Positions 10,498 to 19,860 of a DNA stretch of 64,000 nt are shown here, piece by piece. A program made the translations under genes and the position numbers. Below the pieces are notes generated by a model, which was not told the DNA's origin, made no database searches, and was given only the letters and a program-made list of their open reading frames with translations. The number at the start of each line of letters is the position of its first letter. The stretch's first letter is position 1. Origin of the DNA: Candidatus Zhuqueibacterota bacterium (GTDB lineage Bacteria; Zhuqueibacterota; Zhuqueibacteria; Thermofontimicrobiales; Thermofontimicrobiaceae); contig JBMOPW010000044.1 in assembly GCA_049322915.1 (NCBI GenBank), forward strand, positions 64,001 through 128,000, read 5' to 3'.

Positions 10498-10726
10498 TCC
10501 ATTTCCAGTCAATCAGCCCGAAAGTGGCTCCGGTACTGGAAAGCCACAATCGAACTACTCCGGGTCACGCGCGTTTTGAAGATTTAATTTTTATGCAGCT
10601 CAGTCCATTGAACATGGAAGTGGAGTGCGATGCCTTAGAATGTTCCACTCATGTTTACTAAAAATGAGGGAGGTGCTTCATGTGAAGTTATATCTCTATC
10701 GCCAAAATTCATACAGGCGTACAGAT

Positions 10727-10874
10727 GTAGCTGTTCAAAGGCTCCGGGTACAGCGTTCCCGGTCGGGGTTTTGGATATGGTTGCGCGACACATTTTTTAT
10801 GCTCACATAGTCAGTCATCAACTGGTCGTTTTCATTAACCTTGAACCCTGAACGATGAACCTGTGAACGGTTAC
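10727..10874. mobile_element. MITE-like element with GTA(A/G)C(C/T)GTTCA ends
   Basis: GTAGCTGTTCA ... TGAACGGTTAC inverted ends; internal TGAAC(C) repeats. Confidence 0.55.
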
Positions 10875-10932
10875 ATACAAAAAGGAATTAGTGCTGTACA
10901 AATAATAACATAATAAAATCACAGGAGGAACA

Positions 10933-11907
10933 ATGAATCCATCCGCGTTGATAATTTTAGTCGTCATAGGGATTATTATTTTCTTTTCCCTGTTCACTTA
11001 TTTTGTTCCCATCGGATTGTGGATCACGGCCTACTTTTCCGGTGTCAAGGTGCGAATTTTGAAAGACCTGGTTGGGATGCGTCTGCGCAAAGTGCCACCC
11101 CATCTCATCGTTCGCCCAATGATTAGCGCGACAAAAGCCGGGATTGAAGTAGATATTAATAAAATGGAAGCGCATTATTTAGCCGGCGGAAATGTGGAAC
11201 GAGTTGTCAATGCCCTGATTTCAGCGGACAAGGCCAATATCAATCTTGCCTTTGCCCGGGCAACGGCCATCGATCTTGCCGGACGAGATGTGCTGGATGC
11301 TGTGAAGCTCAGCGTCAATCCCAAGGTTATTCAAACGCCCTTAGTCTCAGCTATCGCTAAAGATGGAATTCAATTGAAGGCAACCGCTCGGGTGACTGTT
11401 CGCGCCAATATCGATAGATTAGTTGGCGGCGCCGGCGAGGAGACAATAATCGCTCGAGTTGGCGAGGGAATTGTATCGACGATTGGTTCCGCCATTTCTC
11501 ACAAAGATGTTCTGGAAAATCCGGATGCAATTTCGAAAACAGTACTTAAAAAAGGTCTCGATGCCGGGACAGCGTTTGAAATTCTTTCTATTGACATTGC
11601 CGATGTCGATGTCGGCGAAAATATTGGCGCGAAACTCCAGACAGACCAGGCTGAAGCGGATAAACGAATTGCCCAGGCTAAAGCGGAGGAACGTCGGGCC
11701 ATGGCTGTCGCGCAGGAACAGGAAATGAAAGCATTGACTCAGGAAATGCAAGCCAAAGTTGTTGAGGCCGAAGCCGAACTGCCCAAAGCAATGGCTCAGG
11801 CATTTCGTGAAGGGAATCTGGGTGTGATGGATTATTTTAATCTCAGGAATATTCAGGCCGATACAAAGATGAGAGATTCAATTTCCGGGCCGGAAAAGAA
11901 AAAATAA
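10933..11907 (+). CDS. floA: Flotillin-like protein FloA (YqfA family)
   Basis: [65 protein letters not shown]. Confidence 0.96.
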   Translation: MNPSALIILVVIGIIIFFSLFTYFVPIGLWITAYFSGVKVRILKDLVGMRLRKVPPHLIVRPMISATKAGIEVDINKMEAHYLAGGNVERVVNALISADKANINLAFARATAIDLAGRDVLDAVKLSVNPKVIQTPLVSAIAKDGIQLKATARVTVRANIDRLVGGAGEETIIARVGEGIVSTIGSAISHKDVLENPDAISKTVLKKGLDAGTAFEILSIDIADVDVGENIGAKLQTDQAEADKRIAQAKAEERRAMAVAQEQEMKALTQEMQAKVVEAEAELPKAMAQAFREGNLGVMDYFNLRNIQADTKMRDSISGPEKKK

Positions 11908-11932
11908 TATCTACCATGCAATTGGTGATGCT

Positions 11933-12136
11933 CCTTGTGGATGCGTGGTTTTCGGATGGCGCATTGCCACTTCTGTATTATCCGGAACTGGATGATACAC
12001 GGCGCTCCATCCGAACCCACGTTGTCTCAAGGTACACGAAAAATTATTCGGGATGTGGAACGGTGAGATCAGATTTGTGCTGCCAATTTGAACACACGCC
12101 TTTGTTCCACGCGCCAGCTTCCCTGCCTCTGCAGGG
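11933..12136 (+). ncRNA. Candidate structured intergenic RNA of unknown class
   Basis: 100-nt long hairpin followed by two more stems (see findings). Confidence 0.35.
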
Positions 12137-12170
12137 CTATTATGAAAATGCGTTTGAAAAAGGGAATCCA

Positions 12171-12608
12171 ATGAACGATCTAATCACAATTTTAATAATT
12201 CTGGCGGCTCTCATTTCGTTTCTCAAAAAGCTCTTTGGTGAAAGGAAAAGGGCCGGGGCAGAGGAACAAGAACAGCCAATGAAACCTCCTTTCGAGTGGA
12301 AATTGCCGTGGGAGTTGGAGGAGGATGAATCGCAAAAGGAAACCATCGACCAATCCTGGATGAACCAGGGCACGACGCCGGTCACGAAGCAGCAACAATT
12401 TGCATCGGAAAAAAAAGCTAACGTTGTCCAGACGTCACCCCTGGATGATATCGCATCATCGCAGCCATTCGAATTGCAGACGGAAAAATCTGGCGAGCGC
12501 CAGCCGGAAGCGGTGCTTCTGGATATCATTTCAGAAAAGCGACTTCAAGAAGGTATTGTGCTCGCGGAGATACTTGGGCCGTGCAGAGGCAAGCAGCGAT
12601 TTCATTAA
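12171..12608 (+). CDS. Hypothetical membrane-anchored protein (YqfB-like position after floA)
   Basis: N-terminal TM, low-complexity middle, C-terminal GIVLAEILGP motif; ATG 12171 after AAGGG. Confidence 0.75.
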   Translation: MNDLITILIILAALISFLKKLFGERKRAGAEEQEQPMKPPFEWKLPWELEEDESQKETIDQSWMNQGTTPVTKQQQFASEKKANVVQTSPLDDIASSQPFELQTEKSGERQPEAVLLDIISEKRLQEGIVLAEILGPCRGKQRFH

Positions 12609-12669
12609 TGGGACAGCGGATCCATACCGCTGTTCCATTCCCCCGATTTCATTCTAACCAAGAATAACT

Positions 12670-13623
12670 ATGACGATACTCGATAAGGCATTGCACAAAA
12701 CAATTTATGACTGTCTTGTGTTGCAGCCAAACGAATCCTGCTTGATACTCGTTGACAAAGCGACACAACGAATGGGCCGGTTGTTGTTCGAAAAATGTCA
12801 ACAGGAAAAATTTGGCGCCGCGCTTGTCGAGATTCCCCCTGTTGAAACGAATTCGCACGAACCTGGATCGTTTGTTGCCGGCCTGCTCAAACAAATGCCC
12901 GTGATCATTTCCGCCACAAATGCGTCCCTCATTCACTCCAACGTACTGAAGGAGGTCTGCCACAACGGGTCGCGGGTGCTTTGTTTCATCGCAACGGAGG
13001 AAGAGGTATTTGCCCGTTCAGTCAACACCGATTTCGAATTCATCGATTTGAAGAGCCGGCGTCTGGCTGATCTTTTTTCCATTGGCCGCGAAGTCCATTT
13101 GACCACTCCGGCAGGGACGGATATCACGCTTCCCATCACGCGGCACAAAGGGTACGCCAATACAGGCATCGTCGATCTACCGGGAAAATTTTGTCTGCTG
13201 CCATCGGGAGAGGCCAGCATTACTCCTGACCGATTGGGGGCGAATGGCAAAATTGTGGTGGATGGTTCCATCCCGGCCCTGGGCTTGCTTGATAAGCCGA
13301 TCATCATTAAAGTGAGAGATGGCTATGCCTATAACATTTCCGGCGGTGTTGAAGCGCAGCAGCTTCGAAAATTGATCAAACCGTTTGGTCGCGCAGGAAA
13401 GAATGTGGCTGAATTCGGCCTCGGCACCAACCCCCGGGCAGAGTTGACCGGGACTTCGATGGAGGACGAAAAAGTGCTGGGCACTGCCCATATTGCGCTG
13501 GGTAATCCGGAATTTGAGGGCGGCAGTCTGAAAGGACATCTGCATCTTGATTTGGTTTTGAAAAAGCCAACCGTTGAAATTGACGGTCATATTGTCGTGG
13601 AAAATGGAAGGATTGTGGTGTAA
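12670..13623 (+). CDS. M29 (thermophilic metalloprotease)-like aminopeptidase
   Basis: LPSGE, AEFGLGTNP, EDEKVLGTAHIALG, HLD metal-binding motifs. Confidence 0.85.
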   Translation: MTILDKALHKTIYDCLVLQPNESCLILVDKATQRMGRLLFEKCQQEKFGAALVEIPPVETNSHEPGSFVAGLLKQMPVIISATNASLIHSNVLKEVCHNGSRVLCFIATEEEVFARSVNTDFEFIDLKSRRLADLFSIGREVHLTTPAGTDITLPITRHKGYANTGIVDLPGKFCLLPSGEASITPDRLGANGKIVVDGSIPALGLLDKPIIIKVRDGYAYNISGGVEAQQLRKLIKPFGRAGKNVAEFGLGTNPRAELTGTSMEDEKVLGTAHIALGNPEFEGGSLKGHLHLDLVLKKPTVEIDGHIVVENGRIVV

Positions 13624-13646
13624 CACATCTGTTCACAACCAGGAAG

Positions 13647-13901
13647 CTAATTTTTATCCTTGTCCTCTCCCTGGTCGCTCTGCTCTTCTTTATCTTCTTT
13701 CTGATACAGCACTTCCTGCATGGCGTGCTTCCTGTCTTTGTTCTGAAATGTCATGTAAATGTATTCGGCCACAAATTGATTCCCTGATGTAATCGGCTTT
13801 TTATCAATCCAATACCGCTTGATGACAAAGCCACAAAACACTGCCAGAGCGCCTAAAATGAGGACGACCACCCCCACACTGATTAAGTCGCTGGAAGTCA
13901 T
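13647..13901 (-). CDS. Small single-pass membrane protein, unknown function
   Basis: RBS AAGGGG, N-terminal TM, acidic tail; follows the DUF2851 gene closely. Confidence 0.75.
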   Translation of the reverse strand: MTSSDLISVGVVVLILGALAVFCGFVIKRYWIDKKPITSGNQFVAEYIYMTFQNKDRKHAMQEVLYQKEDKEEQSDQGEDKDKN

Positions 13902-13913
13902 GGATACCCCTTC

Positions 13914-15353
13914 TTATTTGGTATGCAATGGATTTTCCCATGTGGCCCGACACCGCGCGCATTCTTTGCGATGGCAATAGAGCTTGTACAGATGAATGAG
14001 GCCCTGTTGTTTCAACGCTGTGTTGATGATGCGCTGTGATGTTGCACCATCGCCGAACAGTGTTTGGCGCATTGTCTGAATGATCGAATTGGACGCGATT
14101 TTGGGATACCGGCTGTACACCTGAAGGATGTGAATTTTCAGTCCGGAATTTTCAGTTTCCCCGGCAAAGGCGTGGAGAACCGGCAGCACGGTGTTCACCA
14201 CAATTTCCCGCGCCCTGTCTTTGCCCACCAGTGTCCCGGATAACTCAGCGGCAGCTTCTTCAAACGTCTCATCCAGCCGGTAATGACTGGCCCAGTAGCC
14301 GCTGGTTTTGCAAATGAAGCACTGCTCAAGTTCTTTCACCAGCGCGGTCGGATTGTCTTTTATCCCCTCAACAATCGGTATCAGTTTTTCAAGAATTCCC
14401 CATTGGTAAAATTGGCGAAGAATGGCGCTGGCTCCAGCCAATCGGCGCGTGGGAAAATTGTTGGGTCGCATGCGGAAGAATTGCCATTCGTTTTTATCCA
14501 TTGGCTTCAGGCCCAGCCGGGCGGAATAGGCCTGCCAGATTTTCTCCAGCCGGGGGACGTACTCTTGTGTTTCATTGTCCTTCACCTTGCGCCAGTCACA
14601 GGACGGATCCTGACTTGGCAAAAGTCCGGCCGCACCGATCAATAACGCCAGCGGCGCGTAAAGAGGCTCGGCATCCGGGTCCATCTGAAATTCGCGCATC
14701 AGTGCTTCGAACGGCAGCAGTTGAGCCAGCTTGCGGAACGGTATTTGATTTTTCGAGTAGCCCAGCGCTTCCATAAATCCTGTGTACAGGATTTGATTCC
14801 ACGAATGGACGGCGCGCAGTTCCGTAAATCGAAGCGCTTTGGTCTGTAGCCGCTCTCGTCCCAGTTTTTCGATGATCTGAAGTTTGAATTCAAGTTCGGT
14901 TTGTTCTAACTTGCAGAAGAAAGATGGCGGCGAAACCGCCGGGGAAATTTTATATTTTTTTGCCAGGTACTCAAATTGCTCCGGACTGATGTCCGTAAAA
15001 ATTTGAACAGCGACTTCCTGACGATTGAGTCGAATGGGCGGTTCGTGATGCGTGGGCGCGCCAATCACCAGATGCATGATGACATTATTAAAATGCGGAT
15101 CTGCGTGGTGCTGGTGGCCGTACCAGTCTTCGGGCGCCCGATGGATCTCGAGATCGCCCTGCAAAATCTGTTCGCCGACTTTGATGGATATATTTTTAAA
15201 ATCCGGCCCGGAATCCTGATTCAGGATCCCGGTGGAAAGAATGGTCACGTCGCTGCCGTCGATCGTTTTTAGGGGGATGGTTGAAAAATAATTTTTTTGC
15301 CAGAGCTGAAAAATAAGCTGTTCCGCAAGAAAACTTCGGTCATCGACTTTCAT
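13914..15353 (-). CDS. DUF2851 family protein
   Basis: EQLIFQLW, G.LNQDSGPDF, GDLEIH, W.GHQH..DP.FNNVIMH, MRPNNFPTRRL, QGLIHL; ATG after GGAGG. Confidence 0.88.
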   Translation of the reverse strand: MKVDDRSFLAEQLIFQLWQKNYFSTIPLKTIDGSDVTILSTGILNQDSGPDFKNISIKVGEQILQGDLEIHRAPEDWYGHQHHADPHFNNVIMHLVIGAPTHHEPPIRLNRQEVAVQIFTDISPEQFEYLAKKYKISPAVSPPSFFCKLEQTELEFKLQIIEKLGRERLQTKALRFTELRAVHSWNQILYTGFMEALGYSKNQIPFRKLAQLLPFEALMREFQMDPDAEPLYAPLALLIGAAGLLPSQDPSCDWRKVKDNETQEYVPRLEKIWQAYSARLGLKPMDKNEWQFFRMRPNNFPTRRLAGASAILRQFYQWGILEKLIPIVEGIKDNPTALVKELEQCFICKTSGYWASHYRLDETFEEAAAELSGTLVGKDRAREIVVNTVLPVLHAFAGETENSGLKIHILQVYSRYPKIASNSIIQTMRQTLFGDGATSQRIINTALKQQGLIHLYKLYCHRKECARCRATWENPLHTK

Positions 15354-15438
15354 AGTCGTCCTCCGCTGGCTGGAAGTGTATTGAAGGAATTGCACAATGC
15401 AAAAGAAAACAGAAGCCTTGGCTCCCGTGTCCCCGCTG

Positions 15439-16608
15439 TTATTGACTGCGGATGGATTCAATGAACTGCATCATTTCGGATGTGCTGTCCGGACTCATGC
15501 CTGCGCCGCCCCGGATGAAACCGTTTTCATCGATGTGCAGATTCGCATCGACCGCGCGGGTGTACTCGCGGAGATGATGCAGAATTGTATCGGCAGCCGC
15601 GCCCTGGACAATTTTGGGCTGAAAGCTGATTTTGTAATTATCCACCAACATGGGGTAGATTTTCGCATAGAGCAATCCATTCTTGTTGAGGCAGGTTCTC
15701 AAAATCATGCTCTCTCTGGCGATGGTGCTGTAGGATGAAAACGCGTAATTCCCAAGGCTATAGGCGATCAGGCGGTTTTTATAAATCTCCAGCCCTTGCA
15801 GAACATGAGGATGATGTCCCACCACCAAGTCCGCGCCCAAATCGATGACACGATGCGCCATTTTTCGCTGATAGCTTAACGGAAAATTGGTGGATTCCCG
15901 CCCCCAATGAAATGTCACCACGGTAATGTCGGCGAGGGTATCGCAGCGCTGAATGTTGGTGACCAGATTTTTTTCATGGGGATAATTGGTTCCACCGGAA
16001 GAATTTGTAGCGAAAAATTCTTCGGGAAAAGTCATTGAATATCCCAATACAGCCACGCGAAAACCATTGGCCGTGAAAATCGCCGGCTGCTGTGCATCGT
16101 ATTTGGTGTTGCCAGCGCCACAATGCAAAATACCGATAGTGTCCAGAAGGGTTATTGTATTGTTGAGACCCTCCAGCCCATAGTCCAGAACATGGTTATT
16201 TGCCAGGGTGACGACATCGATGCCGGACTCCAGCAGGCTGACGCCGTACTTTGGCGGGACTTTGAACGTAAACGTCTTCTCAAAGCGGGTCCCATCATCG
16301 GTGAACGCGGATTCAAGGTTGGCCAGAGCCATATCGCCTTTTTTGATCACCGAAGCGGTGGCCGCAAACGGGTATTGAAACCCAAATCGCTCCATGTACG
16401 CCATGGTGTGATTGCCGATCATGATGTCCCCGACTGACACGATGGAAATGCCCAGCGGAAACTGCGTCGGCGGGCTTGGCATTTTGTAGCTCGTCGGGTG
16501 GTCGTCTTTGAAAACAGTGACTGGTTCAGCGTCGGATGCTGGAGCCGGTTGATGGCCTCGGCATTGGCAGAGGATGAGCATGGCCAGAAGTAGCATTGCT
16601 TTTTTCAT
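15439..16608 (-). CDS. CapA/PgsA-family metallophosphoesterase-like lipoprotein
   Basis: VGDIM, ANLE, LANNHVLDYG, FHWG, GHHPHV, YSLGN. Confidence 0.92.
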   Translation of the reverse strand: MKKAMLLLAMLILCQCRGHQPAPASDAEPVTVFKDDHPTSYKMPSPPTQFPLGISIVSVGDIMIGNHTMAYMERFGFQYPFAATASVIKKGDMALANLESAFTDDGTRFEKTFTFKVPPKYGVSLLESGIDVVTLANNHVLDYGLEGLNNTITLLDTIGILHCGAGNTKYDAQQPAIFTANGFRVAVLGYSMTFPEEFFATNSSGGTNYPHEKNLVTNIQRCDTLADITVVTFHWGRESTNFPLSYQRKMAHRVIDLGADLVVGHHPHVLQGLEIYKNRLIAYSLGNYAFSSYSTIARESMILRTCLNKNGLLYAKIYPMLVDNYKISFQPKIVQGAAADTILHHLREYTRAVDANLHIDENGFIRGGAGMSPDSTSEMMQFIESIRSQ

Positions 16609-16699
16609 AATCGGCAGCAGATAGTTAAAAGCCCCACCGGGGTCGAAATGTGGGGCTGGGCGATTTGCGATTCTCGAGAAATTGATTTTTTCGTCCGGA

Positions 16700-16860
16700 C
16701 AATTTTGTCCATCAGATAAACGTTTCACCCTCCGAAGCGATCCAAGCCCTCTTCTTCGTGCAAAGGTAAGAGTGCCCCTTGCCTGGATTTCCATCCAGGC
16801 CGCTGCAATAAGCTTCCCGCAGCGACTGGTTCGGTCAAGTGATCTGTCAGAACAACGAAG
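16700..16860 (-). ncRNA. Structured ncRNA, possibly 6S RNA-like
   Basis: Closing stem TTGTTC-TG-ACAGAT/ATCTG-ATG-GACAA, internal hairpins; TTGACCGAAC, GGGAAGC and GGGGCACTC resemble 6S conserved elements. Confidence 0.4.
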
Positions 16861-16869
16861 CGGTAAGAC

Positions 16870-17247
16870 TTAACCTTTCGCTTCGTCACGAGGGGGGACT
16901 TCTTCCACAGCGACGTCTTCGATGTCGTTGGGATTATTTCCTTTCTTTGCGTATTCCTCGCGCACTTTCTCCAACTCCACTTTTTTGATCTGCAATTTTG
17001 TATGCAACTCATTGACGGTGCTGATGATCATTTTCACATCATTGTTGGAGGCAATATTCGTGTCGTTTTCATCCACAATCAATTGATACACCCTGCCGCC
17101 AAGTTCAGTGAAATTTTTATCGATATCGCGTTTTATGCCAATGATGTCAACTTTAATCTTTCCTATTTTGGCGTACTCGTCAGTTTTCTGCGCGACGACG
17201 GTGACGCCCTTCTTGAAGAAATTTGAAAGATCATCCAAAAAACTCAT
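16870..17247 (-). CDS. Hypothetical coiled-coil protein
   Basis: MSFLDDLSNFFKKG...ELGGRVY; AGGAG RBS; own promoter. Confidence 0.8.
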   Translation of the reverse strand: MSFLDDLSNFFKKGVTVVAQKTDEYAKIGKIKVDIIGIKRDIDKNFTELGGRVYQLIVDENDTNIASNNDVKMIISTVNELHTKLQIKKVELEKVREEYAKKGNNPNDIEDVAVEEVPPRDEAKG

Positions 17248-17318
17248 AATGAACTCCTGTAATTTTTTTATCAAATATGTGACATTGGCTAATTTAAAAT
17301 TAACTTATTGTTAAAATT

Positions 17319-17347
17319 AATTTAGTTAGAAATAGATTAAATGTCAA
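17319..17347 (-). promoter_or_regulatory. sigma70 promoter
   Basis: TTGACA-17-TAAATT, overlapping an AT-rich imperfect inverted repeat at 17289-17325. Confidence 0.65.
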
Positions 17348-17452
17348 GCAAAAATTCATGCTTTCCTTTATTGCCGGTAAAATTCTTATTCGTAACAGCA
17401 GCAGTCAAAAAGGGGTGTGAGAATTTCTGATCAATGGTGTGCATCAATTTGG

Positions 17453-18280
17453 CTAATAGACCACGAAACGTAAATAGAGATAGACCAGTGGCGCCACAAA
17501 GAGTGGGGCGTCGAAGCGGTCCAAAAAACCGCCGTGTCCCGGCAGAATTGACGACGTATCTTTCACGCCGACATCGCGTTTGAAAACTGATTCTGCCAGA
17601 TCGCCAATTTGACTGAACGCGCCGGCAATCAATCCAATCGCCATGCAATGTAACAGGGAGAGGTCTTTCAGCAAGGTAACGTGAAATACATAAGCGGTGA
17701 TCAGCGCAAAGATGAATCCTGCAATCGCGCCTTCCACTGTCTTGTGTGGACTGATTCGCTCATAGAGTTTGTGCTTGCCTGCCAAAGATCCGACAAAGTA
17801 AGCGGCCGTATCGCAAATCCAGATTGTGATGAGCATGATTAAAATCCATTTGCCGCCGTAAGAATAGTCGACAGCGACTGAGCGAGGCAACTCGCGAATT
17901 AAAATATGAAAGCTGAAGAAATAGGCAGGGTAAAAAAGTCCCCACGCGCTGGTGGCAATGTTGAGTGTGGCAGAGTCTTTTTGCCGGAAGAGCTCCAGAT
18001 GGAGAATGATGTAAAAGAAAGCTAGAAAAATAATCCAGGAATTTTCAATGCCGTACCGGTAGAAAAAGACAGTAATGAAAATGGTGCAGATGGCCCCGAG
18101 GATTTTGAACGGCCAGGCGCCTTTCAATTCATTGAGTTTGTAAAATTCGAATTGGGCGACAACATTGATAATGGCCACTAAAATGACGAAAGGCCAACCG
18201 CCTTTGAGCACGAGATAGATGATGAGAGGAGCGCCGAACATAGCGACGAGCACGCGTGACCCAAGTTTTTTCAGGTTCAA
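17453..18280 (-). CDS. cdsA: Phosphatidate cytidylyltransferase
   Basis: DTAAYFVG, ISPHKTVEG, GDLAESVFKRDVGVKD..ILPGHGGFLDRFD. Confidence 0.96.
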   Translation of the reverse strand: MNLKKLGSRVLVAMFGAPLIIYLVLKGGWPFVILVAIINVVAQFEFYKLNELKGAWPFKILGAICTIFITVFFYRYGIENSWIIFLAFFYIILHLELFRQKDSATLNIATSAWGLFYPAYFFSFHILIRELPRSVAVDYSYGGKWILIMLITIWICDTAAYFVGSLAGKHKLYERISPHKTVEGAIAGFIFALITAYVFHVTLLKDLSLLHCMAIGLIAGAFSQIGDLAESVFKRDVGVKDTSSILPGHGGFLDRFDAPLFVAPLVYLYLRFVVY

Positions 18281-18327
18281 ATTATCTCTCCAACTGATTA
18301 GATTTGAATGAATAAATGTGAACGGAA

Positions 18328-18912
18328 TTATTTGACCACTTCCACTGCAACGTCGCAGATTCCCATTTCCACGATGCCCAGAATTTGAGCGGCAGCATAG
18401 GAAAGATCAATGATTCGCGACTTATGTCGTGGCCCGCGGTCATTTATTCGCACGATCACATTCTCACGATTATAGAGATTTGTCACTTTCACTTTGGTTC
18501 CAAATGGCAATGTCGGATGAGCAGCAGTGAGCTTGTCCGGATTGTAAATTTCGCCGCTGGCTGTTTTTCGCCCTGATAAATTCATCGCGTAAAACGAGGC
18601 TTTACCCGTCTCGATGTGTCGGTTGAGCGCCGAATGCTTCGCCGGCTGAGTGACTTCCTTTTCATCGTAGGTCAAATAGGTGATCCCTTCCAATTTTTTA
18701 AAATCCCGAAGATCGTCCTGGTTTTGTTCATTCTGCTTGGCTGTGTCATGCCCGTCCGATGGATTGGAGCGCACCGATGCTGTTTTCTGTTCCGATTCTT
18801 CTTCACTGAGAAAAATGATACCGTCTTTTTCATAATTGTTCGTGTGAGTTCTATTCGTTGAACTGCAGCCGATGGCCAGACAAATGCAAATCAAAATGGG
18901 TAATCTCACCAT
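18328..18912 (-). CDS. rlpA: RlpA-family lytic transglycosylase lipoprotein (DPBB domain, no SPOR domain)
   Basis: Lipobox LAIGC; GKASFY, TAAHPTLPFGT, VRINDRGP, IIDLSYAAA. Confidence 0.9.
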   Translation of the reverse strand: MVRLPILICICLAIGCSSTNRTHTNNYEKDGIIFLSEEESEQKTASVRSNPSDGHDTAKQNEQNQDDLRDFKKLEGITYLTYDEKEVTQPAKHSALNRHIETGKASFYAMNLSGRKTASGEIYNPDKLTAAHPTLPFGTKVKVTNLYNRENVIVRINDRGPRHKSRIIDLSYAAAQILGIVEMGICDVAVEVVK

Positions 18913-18942
18913 ACGATTTTTTTCCTCAGATAGCTGTGTCAG

Positions 18943-19860
18943 TTATAAATCGATCCGGAGTGAACCGATGAGCTCGTGAATATCCGAGATGTTGTGCGAC
19001 TGACAATAATGCGCCAGATCGGTCACGAGTTTTTCGGAGATATTGGGGTCGACGAAATTGGCAGTGCCAACCTGTACAGCGGTTGCGCCAGTAATCAGAA
19101 ATTCAATGATATCATCACAATTCATGATTCCCCCGATGCCAATGACGGGAATGGAGACATTTTGGACAACTTCAAACACTTTGGCAATGGCCAGCGGTTT
19201 GATGGCTGGCCCGGACAACCCCCCGGTGATGGTGGCTAATTTAGGGCGTCGCGTGCGAATGTCCACGGCCATGCCCACAAATGTATTGACGACTGACACA
19301 CTGTCGGCGCCGGCGTCCTCGACCGCCCGGGCAATGTCCCTGATTGAAGTGACGTTGGGGCTCAATTTGACAATGAGACAACGCTCGGTTGTTTTGCGGC
19401 AAAGCGAGGTAATTTCGGCGGCGATCTGGCGGTTGGTGCCAAAGGCAATGCCGCCTTCTTTGACATTGGGACACGAAATATTCAATTCATACCCATCGAC
19501 ACCGCCAGCCGTTTCGATGGCGTCAATGACATGGACGAATTCTTCGATAGTTTTACCGGCAACGTTGACGATGACGGCCGAAGTTAATGTTCGTAGATAG
19601 GGCAGTTTATCTTCAATGAATTTCTTTACGCCGACATTGGCCAGGCCAATGGAATTCAGCATGCCGCTCGGAGTTTCGGCGATGCGCGGCGGCGGATTGC
19701 CGATTCTGGGTTCGGGAGAGACTGCCTTTGTGACCAATCCACCCAATTTATTCACATTCATGATGGACGAAAATTCCTGTCCATAGCCGAATGTGCCGGA
19801 TGCGGTCAGGATCGGATTATTCAGCCGCAGTCGGCCAATATCTACTGATAAATTATTCAC
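18943..19860 (-). CDS. pyrD: Dihydroorotate dehydrogenase 1B catalytic subunit
   Basis: ASGTFGYG, GMLNSIGL.N, ELNISCPNV, KLSPNVT, GGLSGPAIKP. Confidence 0.97.
   Translation of the reverse strand: MNNLSVDIGRLRLNNPILTASGTFGYGQEFSSIMNVNKLGGLVTKAVSPEPRIGNPPPRIAETPSGMLNSIGLANVGVKKFIEDKLPYLRTLTSAVIVNVAGKTIEEFVHVIDAIETAGGVDGYELNISCPNVKEGGIAFGTNRQIAAEITSLCRKTTERCLIVKLSPNVTSIRDIARAVEDAGADSVSVVNTFVGMAVDIRTRRPKLATITGGLSGPAIKPLAIAKVFEVVQNVSIPVIGIGGIMNCDDIIEFLITGATAVQVGTANFVDPNISEKLVTDLAHYCQSHNISDIHELIGSLRIDL

Noticed and set aside
11916..12170. 85-aa N-terminal extension of the YqfB-like ORF
   Set aside because: No RBS; the region is better explained by RNA hairpins; ATG 12171 begins a TM segment
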